Shown: one piece after another, positions 49,008 through 59,087 of the stretch
Position numbering within the stretch: the stretch's first letter is position 1
How the letters are laid out: every line of letters begins with the position of its first letter
Assembly (NCBI GenBank): GCA_034408725.1
Contig: JAWXCN010000222.1
Span: 1-61,379, forward strand
Length of the DNA stretch: 61,379 nt
From: Candidatus Hydrogenedentota bacterium
GTDB taxonomy: Bacteria > Hydrogenedentota > Hydrogenedentia > Hydrogenedentales > SLHB01
Reading direction: 5' to 3'
The notes under the pieces: model-generated
The model's database searches: none
The model's input: the letters and a program-made list of their open reading frames with translations, nothing else
Told to the model about the DNA's origin: nothing
Made by a program: the position numbers and the translations under genes

Positions 49008-49958
49008 CTACACATTCGTAAACAACACGCTGATACTTTCCCGATTGTGAATGCGGCGGATGGCCTCGGCCAGGAACGGCGCGATGGATACGAACTCGAC
49101 CTTGTCTGAAATCGGCGAAGGCTGTGTCTCAATCGAGTCGGTGACGAGTAGCTTTGTGATAGGACTGTTGTCGATCCGCTCTTTTGCCGCGGGAGAAAAA
49201 ACGCCGTGCGTCACTGCGGCATAGACTGTTTCTGCACCGCGCTCAATGAGGGTTTCGGCCATCTCGACAAGCGTGCCGCCGGAGATTGTGAAGTCATCCA
49301 CCACCAGGGCGGTTTTCCCCTTCACGTCCCCCATGATTTGTAATACCTCGGCGGATTCATCGTGGTTCGTTCGTTGTTTGTCGCCGATGGCGAGTGGTGC
49401 GTTGAGTAGGGTGGCATAGCGGCGCGCCTGTTTAACAAACCCGGTATCTGGTGACACGACAACGAGGTCGCGCAGCTTTTTTGATTTGGCCGCCTTGCCC
49501 AATACGGGCAGCGCGTACAGATCGTCAACCGGAATGCGAAAGAATCCCTGAATTTGCGGAGCATGCAGATCAAGCGTCACCACGCGATCGGCCCCCGCGG
49601 CTTCGATGGCGTCCGCGCACACACGCGCGCGGATGGACACGCGGGGTTCGTCTTTTTTATCGCCCTTGGCATAGCTGAAGTACGGCATGATCACCGTTAC
49701 ACTGTCGGCGCTCGCGCGTTTAAGCGCGTCAATCCAGAACAACATTTCCATGAAATTGTCGTTCGCGGGAAACGCGGTGGACTGAATCAGGTAGCAGCGG
49801 CGCCCCCGCACATTCTCCTGCACGCGAACAAAGAGGTTTCCCTCGGAAAACCGCAGCACCTCACTACGGCCCAGCGGCACGCCCAAATGTTCGCAAATTC
49901 TTCCCGCAAGCTTTGGGCTGCCGGAACCGCCAAAAATAAGTATGCCATTTGGATCCAT
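49008..49958 (-). CDS. prs: Ribose-phosphate pyrophosphokinase
   Basis: FSEG, PYFSYA, DLHAPQIQGFF, VSPD, VDDFTISGGT, THGVFS. Confidence 0.93.
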   Translation of the reverse strand: MDPNGILIFGGSGSPKLAGRICEHLGVPLGRSEVLRFSEGNLFVRVQENVRGRRCYLIQSTAFPANDNFMEMLFWIDALKRASADSVTVIMPYFSYAKGDKKDEPRVSIRARVCADAIEAAGADRVVTLDLHAPQIQGFFRIPVDDLYALPVLGKAAKSKKLRDLVVVSPDTGFVKQARRYATLLNAPLAIGDKQRTNHDESAEVLQIMGDVKGKTALVVDDFTISGGTLVEMAETLIERGAETVYAAVTHGVFSPAAKERIDNSPITKLLVTDSIETQPSPISDKVEFVSIAPFLAEAIRRIHNRESISVLFTNV

Positions 49959-50065
49959 ATCGCGCGTTTTCCCCTCTGCATTGCACCGCCACCATGGTAC
50001 GCGATTGGGGTATCCGTATTGAAGAGGGCTGTTTCAGTAAATAAATCGCGAGAATTCGATTTGAA

Positions 50066-51385
50066 TTATCGCATCCCCAACAGTTCCCGCGAGGACTGGT
50101 TGAGAATTCCCTGCGCAACGGGGAGTACGTCGGACGTCGTGTACTGGCCAAGCTCAACTTTATCCGCAAGCACGCGGGCCAACAGTCTGCGCACGATCAC
50201 TGCCTTTGCGTAGGTCCATTCCACGCAGTAAGCGTCGCTGAAAAAGCCGATCTGCCGGTTGAGCGGCAACATGTCGAGCCGCTCTTCCATTACCTGTCGT
50301 ATCGCTCCCGGAAAAAAATTGTGCCACCAATAACCCGCCAGCGAGAAGTTGGGCAACTCGCGCGCAAGCGTGCAGAGCGACTGGTTTGCATGGCGGCTGG
50401 ACAGGAAACACATGAATTTCAGTCCGGGATATTGCGCGATGATACCGGCCAACTCGCCAATAGTGCGTGAATTCAGGCGCGAAGCCGATTCGTGTGGCAG
50501 CGGCTCCGCGCCGAGTGAAAACTGAAATACGATCTCGTCGCCATGTTTCTCCAACTCAGCCAGAAACCGGTGGAGAGTATAGCTTGCATACACGTCGCGT
50601 TCGGCGTCCCCGGCGTTGGTGCGCCGTTTCAACGCATTCGCGGCAGTCTCGCGATTCGGAACGGTATATGAAATATCGGTGGAAATGTGCTGCGCCGTGG
50701 CCAGAACTTTGCCGTAAGGGATCAACGCGCAATAGTGCGCGACCGCTTCATCAATGTCGTCCACACTTTTGATCGTTCGCAACAGCGGCGCCGCGGTTGC
50801 GCGGTCAAAGCTGACCGGAATCGGCGGTTCCGGCGCGGTCGCGTTCCACGCGCGCTCGAGTTCGTACAGCGGAATGTCAGGCTGGCCCCATTGCGCCCGT
50901 GCAAAGAAGGCCCACTCCAACGAGTATTGCAGGAGATCGTTCGCGGAACCGTCGCGTGCGCGCCAAAGTTCCGTGCCGGTTCGCGCAATATTTGCTCGTC
51001 GCAAAATTTCCCGCGGCCACGCGGGGTCTGCCGCGCGCTCCATTATAAGCGCGTCGAGCGAGCGCCAATTCGTTTCGCCAACGGGTTCATGCCAGTCGTA
51101 GAGATCGGCAAGTATAATCCGCACGCCCCACGACATCGCCGTATTACGGGTGGACGAAAGATACGGCAGGGCCTCCTCGACGCGTTGCGCGGATTCAGCG
51201 GGGGACGGGTCTTCAGACAGGCGCGCGCCATTCGGACAGCCCGCGGCATACAAATCGCTTACGCACATATGGTAAAGAAGAATGTCGTCGAGACCGCGCG
51301 CGGACAGGTGCGCCGCGTCGATATGCGTGTGCGGATCCATCCAGGGAAACGAGAGCAGGATTTCCTCGATCGCGTCTGGCTTCAT
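50066..51385 (-). CDS. Uronate isomerase-like amidohydrolase superfamily protein
   Basis: DPHTH, DILLYH, GYWWH, GFFSDAY; GGAG RBS. Confidence 0.75.
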   Translation of the reverse strand: MKPDAIEEILLSFPWMDPHTHIDAAHLSARGLDDILLYHMCVSDLYAAGCPNGARLSEDPSPAESAQRVEEALPYLSSTRNTAMSWGVRIILADLYDWHEPVGETNWRSLDALIMERAADPAWPREILRRANIARTGTELWRARDGSANDLLQYSLEWAFFARAQWGQPDIPLYELERAWNATAPEPPIPVSFDRATAAPLLRTIKSVDDIDEAVAHYCALIPYGKVLATAQHISTDISYTVPNRETAANALKRRTNAGDAERDVYASYTLHRFLAELEKHGDEIVFQFSLGAEPLPHESASRLNSRTIGELAGIIAQYPGLKFMCFLSSRHANQSLCTLARELPNFSLAGYWWHNFFPGAIRQVMEERLDMLPLNRQIGFFSDAYCVEWTYAKAVIVRRLLARVLADKVELGQYTTSDVLPVAQGILNQSSRELLGMR

Positions 51386-51452
51386 GCAATGTGTCTCCGG
51401 CCGGAGACTATGCCACACCGATAGCGGGCCCAGCCATTTAAACTTAACTGAG

Positions 51453-51495
51453 AAAGCGGCGCCTTGGGGGCCGCCGCAGTCCAAATAGGCTTCTT
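51453..51495. repeat. Single REP-like unit
   Basis: AAAGCGGCGCCTTGGGGGCCGCCGCAGTCCAAATAGGCTTC, near-identical to the units at 11.8 and 48.9 kb. Confidence 0.85.
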
Positions 51496-51549
51496 GTGAA
51501 CGCGGTTTTGAGTAGCCATATGGGCTGCTTAACAGTCTCTCCCAATTGG

Positions 51550-52074
51550 CTATTTCAAGTTGTCCAGCGCAAGGGAGCCCGCGAGGTTTTGCCCCGTGTA
51601 GTACCCGGTGTCAACGCACTTCCGCGTCTTCGTGTAATACGTGATTTGTCCGGTGTGATATGAAAAATGTTCGACGACGTGTACGAGAATGCTCATACCC
51701 GTTTCCTGGTAAATCTGCACCGGCCGCTTGACCAGCAGGGAATCGGGGTCCAGCCCGTCGAGCACGGCCTTCGCGTCGTGCAAGGTCAGTTCAAGATTAC
51801 GCAGCAGTTCAACCGCAGGTATCGGACCGGCCGCCGAAAATTCCTTGTCGCGCTCGCGATGGTCTGGTTGGCCGCCCAGCCCGGTGCAAATCCATTGCCG
51901 CACGTTGCCGCACAGGTGCAACACGAGATTCCCCACGCTCACGGTTTCCGCATTGGGCCGATGCCAGATTTCCTCCTCCGTAAGCAGGCCAAGACATTTC
52001 TGGATGCGCGGCAACGACTCGCCGATTATCCGGTGTACCGACTCCGCAATGAGGGCAGCTCCGAGCGTGTTCAT
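51550..52074 (-). CDS. DinB superfamily (DUF1572-like) protein
   Basis: SVGNLVLHLCGN, RERDKEF, HVVEHFSYHTGQI. Confidence 0.88.
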   Translation of the reverse strand: MNTLGAALIAESVHRIIGESLPRIQKCLGLLTEEEIWHRPNAETVSVGNLVLHLCGNVRQWICTGLGGQPDHRERDKEFSAAGPIPAVELLRNLELTLHDAKAVLDGLDPDSLLVKRPVQIYQETGMSILVHVVEHFSYHTGQITYYTKTRKCVDTGYYTGQNLAGSLALDNLK

Positions 52075-52138
52075 AAAAACGTCTCCAATTCCGTGTATTG
52101 GGTAGAATGATACTTTCTCGTTCAACCCAGGTTGCATT

Positions 52139-52972
52139 ATGCGCACGTTAATTGCCGGTTGTGGATATGTGGGCGCCGCGCTCGGCGAATTTCTTGCGCG
52201 CGACGGTCACGCGGTATGGGGCATCATGCGAAACGCCGAAAGCCTTGCAGGCATTCAAACCATTTCGGCGGACGTAACGCGGCCAGAGACCTTGTCCCAA
52301 TTACCGATCGGTCTCGACGCGGTGGTCTATGCGGTGGGCGCGGGCGGTTATGACGAGGCTCGCTACCGCGCCGTCTACGTCGATGGCGTGCGCAACCTGC
52401 TCGACGCTTTGATTTCGCAACGCCAGCAACCGCGAAGATTCGTGTTTGTGTCCAGCACCGGCGTATACGCGCAGCACTCAGGCGAATGGGTAGACGAAAC
52501 GTCGCCGGCGGAACAGACCCATTTTCCCGGAGCAACGCTGTTGGCCGGCGAACGACTCGCGCACTCCTGCGCCTATCCCGCAACCGTGGTGCGGTTTGGC
52601 GGAATCTACGGCCCTGGCCGTACCCGCCTGATCGATTCCGTGCGGGATGGCTCCGCGACGGTATCCACTAAACAGTCGTACATCAACCTGATTCATCGCG
52701 ACGATTGCGCGGGAATTCTTCATCACGTTCTCGCAAGCGACGCTCCGCAATCGCTCTATCTGGGCGTAGATAACCAACCGGTCGACCGTCGCATCCTGCT
52801 CGAATGGGTGGCGGAAAGAATTTGCGTAGCGCCGCCGCGCGTCGTGGAAAACTCCGAATCAACTCGCGGCGCGCGCAGCAACAAACGTTGTAACAACGCC
52901 CGGATCACCGCCGAAGGATATTCATTCCGCTATCCAACATTTCGAGAAGGCCACGGCGGACTGATCGGATAG
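52139..52972 (+). CDS. Atypical SDR / NAD-dependent epimerase family
   Basis: GCGYVG, SSTGVY, GIYGPGR, NLIHRDD, YPTFREG. Confidence 0.88.
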   Translation: MRTLIAGCGYVGAALGEFLARDGHAVWGIMRNAESLAGIQTISADVTRPETLSQLPIGLDAVVYAVGAGGYDEARYRAVYVDGVRNLLDALISQRQQPRRFVFVSSTGVYAQHSGEWVDETSPAEQTHFPGATLLAGERLAHSCAYPATVVRFGGIYGPGRTRLIDSVRDGSATVSTKQSYINLIHRDDCAGILHHVLASDAPQSLYLGVDNQPVDRRILLEWVAERICVAPPRVVENSESTRGARSNKRCNNARITAEGYSFRYPTFREGHGGLIG

Positions 52973-53057
52973 CCCATCAACTTGTGCATCATTTCCCACA
53001 CAATTGCATTCGGGTATACTTGGTTCTCGAATTCGAAATCTCAATTAAATTATCGCC

Positions 53058-54152
53058 ATGACTTCAGAACTTTCCGAACAACCCCTCGACTCAACCTCCT
53101 TTCGCCGCGCCCTTCTGTCGTGGTACCGGAAATCCGCGCGCGATTTACCGTGGCGGGGCACGTGCGATCCCTATGCGATTTGGCTGTCGGAAATTCTTTT
53201 GCAGCAGACGCGCGTTGATCAGGGCTTGCCGTACTTCGAGCGATTCCTGCGGACCTTTCCGACGGTCCAGAAGCTCGCAAGCGCGCGAGAAGACCGCGTG
53301 CTGAAAGCCTGGGAGGGGCTCGGCTATTACACACGCGCGCGGAACCTGCACAAGGCGGCAAAACTCATCGCCTATGATCGCGCTGGAGAATTCCCCCGCA
53401 CGGCGGAAGACTGGCAAACCCTTCCCGGCGTGGGCCGGTACACTGCGGGCGCGATTGCCAGCATCGCATTTGGCGAGCGCGCGCCCGTGTTGGACGGCAA
53501 CGTTATTCGCGTGCTGTCGCGTTTATACGATGTGCGCGAATGTACCGACGATCCGCGCGTTCGCGAGAGCTTGTGGCAATTGGCAAAGCGTCTCGTGCCC
53601 GCGAAAAATCCCGGCGACTTCAATCAGGCCATGATGGAGTTGGGCGCATGCGTGTGTACGCCGAAATCACCTTTGTGCGCCGCGTGCCCCGTGCAACTGC
53701 ATTGCGCCGCGCGCGCGCTCGGTGTTCAACACGAGAGGCCCGTGCGCAAGGCGAAATCGCGCACTCCGCACCAGGAAACTGTCGCCGCCGCGGTTCAGCG
53801 CGATGGCAGGTACTTGCTCGTCAAGCGCCCCGAATCGGGATTGCTTGGCGGGATGTGGGAATTTCCGGGCGGACGCGTCTGTGCGGGAGAATCGCATGTA
53901 GCGGCATTGTCACGCGCGTTGCGCGACCAGCTCGGACTGCGCGTAAAAGTGCGTGGCGTGATCGCAACCGTGCAACACGCCTACACGCATTTCAAAGTAA
54001 CGCTCACGGTATATGCCTGTGACATCGTGGCGGGTGAACCAGCAATCAACGGCAAACTGCGCTGGGTGTCCGGCAAGCAATTCAAGAAGTTGGCGTTGCC
54101 GAAGGTGGTACACAAAGTGTTGGCGGTGATCGGCGAGAACGGATGGGAGTGA
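53058..54152 (+). CDS. mutY: A/G-specific adenine glycosylase
   Basis: RDLPWR, SEILLQQT, WEGLGYY, LPGVGRYTA, DGNV, Fe-S Cys motif, C-terminal NUDIX-like domain. Confidence 0.96.
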   Translation: MTSELSEQPLDSTSFRRALLSWYRKSARDLPWRGTCDPYAIWLSEILLQQTRVDQGLPYFERFLRTFPTVQKLASAREDRVLKAWEGLGYYTRARNLHKAAKLIAYDRAGEFPRTAEDWQTLPGVGRYTAGAIASIAFGERAPVLDGNVIRVLSRLYDVRECTDDPRVRESLWQLAKRLVPAKNPGDFNQAMMELGACVCTPKSPLCAACPVQLHCAARALGVQHERPVRKAKSRTPHQETVAAAVQRDGRYLLVKRPESGLLGGMWEFPGGRVCAGESHVAALSRALRDQLGLRVKVRGVIATVQHAYTHFKVTLTVYACDIVAGEPAINGKLRWVSGKQFKKLALPKVVHKVLAVIGENGWE

Positions 54153-54171
54153 TCGGCCGGATCGGTCCGAT

Positions 54172-55137
54172 TTAGAATGCCGCGGCGAGCCGGCTGAAAA
54201 TGCCCTTGATGCCCCGGCGATGTGAGTTCGGGCAGGCGCTTTCGCTGCAATCGCGGCAGATCACCGGCATTTTTCCCGTGTCTCCCTCCGCGAGCGCGTC
54301 GCGCACCTGCGTCACCGGCGCGGTGTGCCACACTTCCTGCACCGGCTGCGTGTATACATTTCCGAGGATATAGGTCCGGTGCCAGTCCACGCAGCATAGC
54401 GGCACGTCGCCATTGAACAGGATCATCATGTCCCGCGAGGGACGGATGCAGTTGCCCATCGAGCGCATTTCGCCGACGTTCAATTTATCCGCGTCAGTGA
54501 TATTTCCGCCGCGGTTTTCCAGCGCCGACGTCACCAGGCGCACGCCGTGTTTTGACCAGAACTTGCGCGTCTTAGGAATCTCATCGACATTTTTGTTCGT
54601 CACTACCATCGACACGCGAAAGTCGATCTGCGCTTTTTTCTTCTTGATCAATTTCTGGAATGTAATGCAGTTCTCGATCACCTTACGGCTGTCGTAGCCC
54701 ATGATCTCCCGGTTGGTCTCCGGGTCAAGGGATTGCAGACTGCACTTGAGCTGCTTCAACCCCGCTTCGAGCAACGCCTCGCCTTTCTCTTCCGTGAGGT
54801 GCGTGCCGTTTGTGATGATCTGCGTCTTCGCAGCCGGAATGCGCTCGGTGACGTATTTCGTCAATTCAGGCATGCGCTTGTCCAGCAACGGTTCGTTCTG
54901 CATGTACATCCCGATGCGTCGCGGCGGCGTCTTGGCCAAGTCGTCCACAATCTTGTAAAACATCGGAAGCGGCATGCGGCCGTGTTCGAGGTCGGATTTT
55001 AATACTTCCTCGTTCGGACAAAATATGCAGCGGCCATTGCAGCCCGCCTGCGTTTGTATTTGCACCCGGGGCGGTCCCGGCAAAAGGGGATGACGCACGG
55101 ATTTCGCTCCTCTCGTGAGATGTTCAACCCATATCAA
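54172..55137 (-). CDS. Radical SAM protein with SPASM/twitch domain
   Basis: CNGRCIFC, NEPLL, ITNG, CIRP...GDVPLCCVD...CRDC; start uncertain. Confidence 0.88.
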   Translation of the reverse strand: MIWVEHLTRGAKSVRHPLLPGPPRVQIQTQAGCNGRCIFCPNEEVLKSDLEHGRMPLPMFYKIVDDLAKTPPRRIGMYMQNEPLLDKRMPELTKYVTERIPAAKTQIITNGTHLTEEKGEALLEAGLKQLKCSLQSLDPETNREIMGYDSRKVIENCITFQKLIKKKKAQIDFRVSMVVTNKNVDEIPKTRKFWSKHGVRLVTSALENRGGNITDADKLNVGEMRSMGNCIRPSRDMMILFNGDVPLCCVDWHRTYILGNVYTQPVQEVWHTAPVTQVRDALAEGDTGKMPVICRDCSESACPNSHRRGIKGIFSRLAAAF

Positions 55138-55200
55138 GGAGCCAAGTATACCAGATCACCGCTAGCACCGAAAACGGGCGGGGAAATCGCACTGAGGACA

Positions 55201-58200
55201 TCAGTTCTTGTTCAAAATTCCCTTCAACGCGTCGGTGGCTCGGTTGAGAATTTCGTCGCGGACGATATTGCCCCCGCCCTTCACGCTGTTGCGGACGTCA
55301 TCCGTAATCGAGCCGGGTTTCGGGCCGAATCCGTAATTTGTGTCGGGATCGATTGGCGAACCTGTAAGCAGGATGCGAAACCCTCCCGTATTGCGAAACG
55401 CACCGACGACATCATTCAATCCGGGGATGTTATCCGCCGGCCCCAACACCATTTCCAGCAAATCCACGTGAACGAGAATATCTGTTTGTTGGGCGTTGAA
55501 ATCAATGCCACCCAGAGCCGTTATCACGTAGCTCGGTGTTTTCAGGTTCAACGTGCTCATTGTCATCACGCCATCGTTAAACGTCGCTTCCATTTCACAG
55601 GTGTCATAGGCGAGTCCCTGGTCTTTCAACTTGGGCGCGCGCAACCGCGTGATCTCGAGGGTCCGCAAAACAGACAACACCTTCGTAGCTATGCCGAGCT
55701 TACCGAAGGTTCCATCAGTCGAGGTGAGTTTTACTGCGCCCGTTGTGCCCGAAAGAAGCGGCAATGTCTCGCCGGAGGGGACTTCGAGTTCGACCGTTCC
55801 CCACATCGGCCCCTGGAGCCCTCGAGGCTCGTCGAATACCAGGTCATCGAGCAACGCCTGATCAACGCCATCGAGTTTGAGATTCATCGCGGTGTATGCC
55901 CGTTGGGCGCCACGCGCCTGCCCGAACCGGACCCAACCCGATCCCGTGCCCTCGCGGTTTGCGAATGTGAGGTTCCCGATCTCGATATCGCCGTTCACGG
56001 CTTTCACATTCGTAAACACATTATTAAGCTGGCCTTTTTTTACGAGCACCGTGCCCATGTTGATGTCAAAGGTCCCGTTAAATCCTCCGCCCGTCTCTGG
56101 CGCGGAATCTCCGCCGGGAGTGCCCGCGGCGGATTGCGACGCCAATGCTGTTCTCATCGCCAGCATGGCGTTCACATCAAGCTGTTTTCCGGTCAGCGCG
56201 CCGGACCAACCCGATTCGCGCGAGACCAAATCAATTGTGAAATCTGAATTCGCGCCGCGCACGGCGAGGTTCTTTGTCGCAATCGCCCCGTCATTATACG
56301 TGACGCCACCGTCGAGGAAGTCGACACCAAGCTGATCGTTTAGCGCGAAGTTCACCTGGTCCAGTTCGACATTCGCGGTGACCGGCTGAGTCGCGAAATT
56401 CCCGCGGATACGCCCGCCGGCCTGGGCGCCATCGGGCATCAATGCCGCCAGCACACCCGCGCTGATATCAAACTGCGGCACTTCAAACCGCGCTTCGGTG
56501 AACTTGCCGCTGATGCTTTGGTCGAGGCACGAAATCAGTACAGTCTTCGCCGCCCAGTTGCCCGTCGAGGCAATGCCATTTATTTTCATGCTGGCCGCAA
56601 TACCTTCGCGCTTGGTGAGGTACTCACTGAGTTCGACCGTGTTACCCGAAAGTTCGATCATCGCCTCGAATACCGCGGGCTCGGTTGTCCTCACAAAATC
56701 TATGGGAACCAGTCCGCTCACGTGCATGGTCGCCGGCAACATCGGCTGGAATGCGTTTCCAGGAATCGTCGCATACACATTTACATCGCCCAATTCCCAG
56801 CCGGACCCGCGGCTTAGCATAACGACATCGCCTTCGAGTTTTGGAGCACCGTCGCGCGCGAACGCAATGAGCAATCGCTTTGCCTTCTCCGTAGGAAGGT
56901 CAAGGTTGAGCGTGAAGTTCGAGTCGCCGAACGCCTCGAGTATGCCCGGCGCGACGTTCTTCGCGGCTTCCTGTTTCAAAAAAGGCAAATTTATATTGCC
57001 AAGGTTGCCGCGCGCCGTGCCGGTCCAATTCCGTTCGCCAATGGCGTATTTACCTTTTATACTCACCGCCCCGAGTTTGCTCGTGTCGGCGCTCGCGGTG
57101 GTGTCGATTACTCCAGGCGTCGCTTTGAAATCCGCTGACACACCGCGCAGCGAATCGGACCAGGCCTCGGACTCGATGTCGAAACTGCCATCGGCGAGTT
57201 TTCCCGTAATGGAAAGGTCGTCCGGCACGTCACCCCCCGACCCAAACGTGCCTGTCACATGATCAAGCGTGACCGTGCCCTTCGCCTGTTTCACAACGTC
57301 CAATGGCATGAACATGCCCAGCCGTTCGCGCGTGAGTTCAATGCGGCCGCCGAGATCAATGACAGCCGTTGCGTCACTAAAATTTGGCAACACGGTTCCC
57401 TTAACCGATAGCCCTGCCGCATCAAGCGACGTGATGCGAATCGCGTCTTTTTCGAACGCAATCTCGCCCGTAATCCCCGTGATCGCGTCCGCGCCGCCTG
57501 GCAACGAAAGATTGACGCCGCTAAATGTGGCCGTGCCCCCAGCAAGCCGCAATTTCTTGTCCGCGGTCACGCCAATCAACAAGCCGGATCCCAATATCTG
57601 CGCTTCGTCGGTCGCGGTTACGCGGTAATCGTCTGAAGGTTGCGCGGACAACAACGCCTGCACGCCATCAACGTTCGCAGTGACTTCTTTAATACTGACC
57701 GCCACGCCTCCGTCAGGTTGGACGGTGATGTCGGTAGTCAGTTCGACTCCGGGCGCGCTCCACGTAAGACCATTGAGCGTAATCTGCCCGCTGTCCCACC
57801 AGCCCACGCCGCTAAAGTCTCCAGCAATTGCGCTGAGGTCCACACCGCCGTTTTCAACCGGTTGGGCGTTACCACTAACATCGATCCGATACTGGCTCGG
57901 TTCCGTGCGCTCGATGGTTCCATGCGCGGTCGCTATCGCGCGCGGCACGCGTTCGGCCGCGAAAAGTGCCGCCGTATCGATCGTCGTAAGATCGATATCA
58001 CCGGTCACGCCGAGGCCGACACCCTCGACGCCATTGCGGTCCAGCGTTATCGTTCCCGCAATCCGCGCATCTTCACCGTATGCCGGCGATGCTGCGTCAC
58101 CGATAATCGTAATGATTTTCGACAGGACATTAGTGGCGGCAAGCGCGCCAGAGAACACAGGTCTATCGGCCCCTTCCAACGTAATTGATGCGTCCGGCGC

Positions 58201-58692
58201 ATCAATGCGGCCAATCGCAAACGAGATGCGGCCCGAGTTGGTTTTGTTAGTGGCGTTTGTGGCGGCATTGTCTTCGTATGCCGTCACCATTGCGTCAACC
58301 CGCGTTTTCAACTCTCCGGGAGTTTTAGGAAGAACAACGACAAGATCGCTGATCGAAAGTTCGCTTACATCGATCACCCCGCGCACAAGACTGCTGAGCT
58401 GCGCCTGCGCCGAAAGTTGCGAACAGACCGCCTTGAAATCCCCATCGCCCACGGTGACATCGTGCGCGCGAACATTTGGAACCGGGAACAGCGCGAGGTC
58501 CACGAGCCCTATCGATACGGGCAGTCCGGTGTTCTTCGTGATCTTTTCAATCAGCATCGGCCGGTAGCTGTCCACGTCAACCGTGCGCTCGATCACCTGC
58601 CACGCGATAATTACCAGGACTACGAGGATCGCGACCACAAAAGGCCAGCGCTTACGCTTGCGTTGAAATCGCAGTGTGGGCGAATCGGGCAT
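55201..58692 (-). CDS. AsmA-family protein
   Basis: N-terminal TM, DVDSYRPML, long beta-rich body, AsmA-like C-terminus (NDGVMTM...GGIDF). Confidence 0.8.
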   Translation of the reverse strand: MPDSPTLRFQRKRKRWPFVVAILVVLVIIAWQVIERTVDVDSYRPMLIEKITKNTGLPVSIGLVDLALFPVPNVRAHDVTVGDGDFKAVCSQLSAQAQLSSLVRGVIDVSELSISDLVVVLPKTPGELKTRVDAMVTAYEDNAATNATNKTNSGRISFAIGRIDAPDASITLEGADRPVFSGALAATNVLSKIITIIGDAASPAYGEDARIAGTITLDRNGVEGVGLGVTGDIDLTTIDTAALFAAERVPRAIATAHGTIERTEPSQYRIDVSGNAQPVENGGVDLSAIAGDFSGVGWWDSGQITLNGLTWSAPGVELTTDITVQPDGGVAVSIKEVTANVDGVQALLSAQPSDDYRVTATDEAQILGSGLLIGVTADKKLRLAGGTATFSGVNLSLPGGADAITGITGEIAFEKDAIRITSLDAAGLSVKGTVLPNFSDATAVIDLGGRIELTRERLGMFMPLDVVKQAKGTVTLDHVTGTFGSGGDVPDDLSITGKLADGSFDIESEAWSDSLRGVSADFKATPGVIDTTASADTSKLGAVSIKGKYAIGERNWTGTARGNLGNINLPFLKQEAAKNVAPGILEAFGDSNFTLNLDLPTEKAKRLLIAFARDGAPKLEGDVVMLSRGSGWELGDVNVYATIPGNAFQPMLPATMHVSGLVPIDFVRTTEPAVFEAMIELSGNTVELSEYLTKREGIAASMKINGIASTGNWAAKTVLISCLDQSISGKFTEARFEVPQFDISAGVLAALMPDGAQAGGRIRGNFATQPVTANVELDQVNFALNDQLGVDFLDGGVTYNDGAIATKNLAVRGANSDFTIDLVSRESGWSGALTGKQLDVNAMLAMRTALASQSAAGTPGGDSAPETGGGFNGTFDINMGTVLVKKGQLNNVFTNVKAVNGDIEIGNLTFANREGTGSGWVRFGQARGAQRAYTAMNLKLDGVDQALLDDLVFDEPRGLQGPMWGTVELEVPSGETLPLLSGTTGAVKLTSTDGTFGKLGIATKVLSVLRTLEITRLRAPKLKDQGLAYDTCEMEATFNDGVMTMSTLNLKTPSYVITALGGIDFNAQQTDILVHVDLLEMVLGPADNIPGLNDVVGAFRNTGGFRILLTGSPIDPDTNYGFGPKPGSITDDVRNSVKGGGNIVRDEILNRATDALKGILNKN

Positions 58693-58720
58693 GAGGATAG
58701 TTTACCAAGAAGGAGTCTTA

Positions 58721-59087
58721 ACCACGAAGACATCAACGACAACCCGGAAATTCCCCAAATCCGGAGTATCCCACCACGGAGACACAGAGAACGCGGAGAA
58801 TGTTGAAGAAGATTTCACCACGGATTCGATTCCCCACCAAGATGCAAAGACCGGAATTTCAACCACGAAGACACGAAGGTCACGAAGAAGGCAAATGCCA
58901 ATCGGTTCCAATCAAGAGAATCTCTTTATGCTTTTTTCTTGGCATTTCTTCGTGTGCTTCGTGTCTTCGTGGTGACAGTTGTTGTGGCCGGTCTCCGACC
59001 GTCAGGTCTCCATCTCCGTATTCTACGTACCCTCCGTGTCTCCGTGGTTGTATTTCTTCTTCGTGTCCTTCGCGCCTTTGCGGTGAT
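58721..59087. repeat. Nested imperfect inverted repeats (ACCACGAAGACAC / CACCACGGAGACAC families)
   Basis: Forward units at about 58721, 58772 and 58862 are mirrored by reverse units at about 58946, 59031 and 59057. Confidence 0.75.

Noticed and set aside
54172-55137. Radical SAM/SPASM enzyme as maturase of the MKH-leader peptides
   Set aside because: It lies about 45 kb away, no RRE/PqqD-like domain or adjacent precursor is evident, and nothing in the sequence links them
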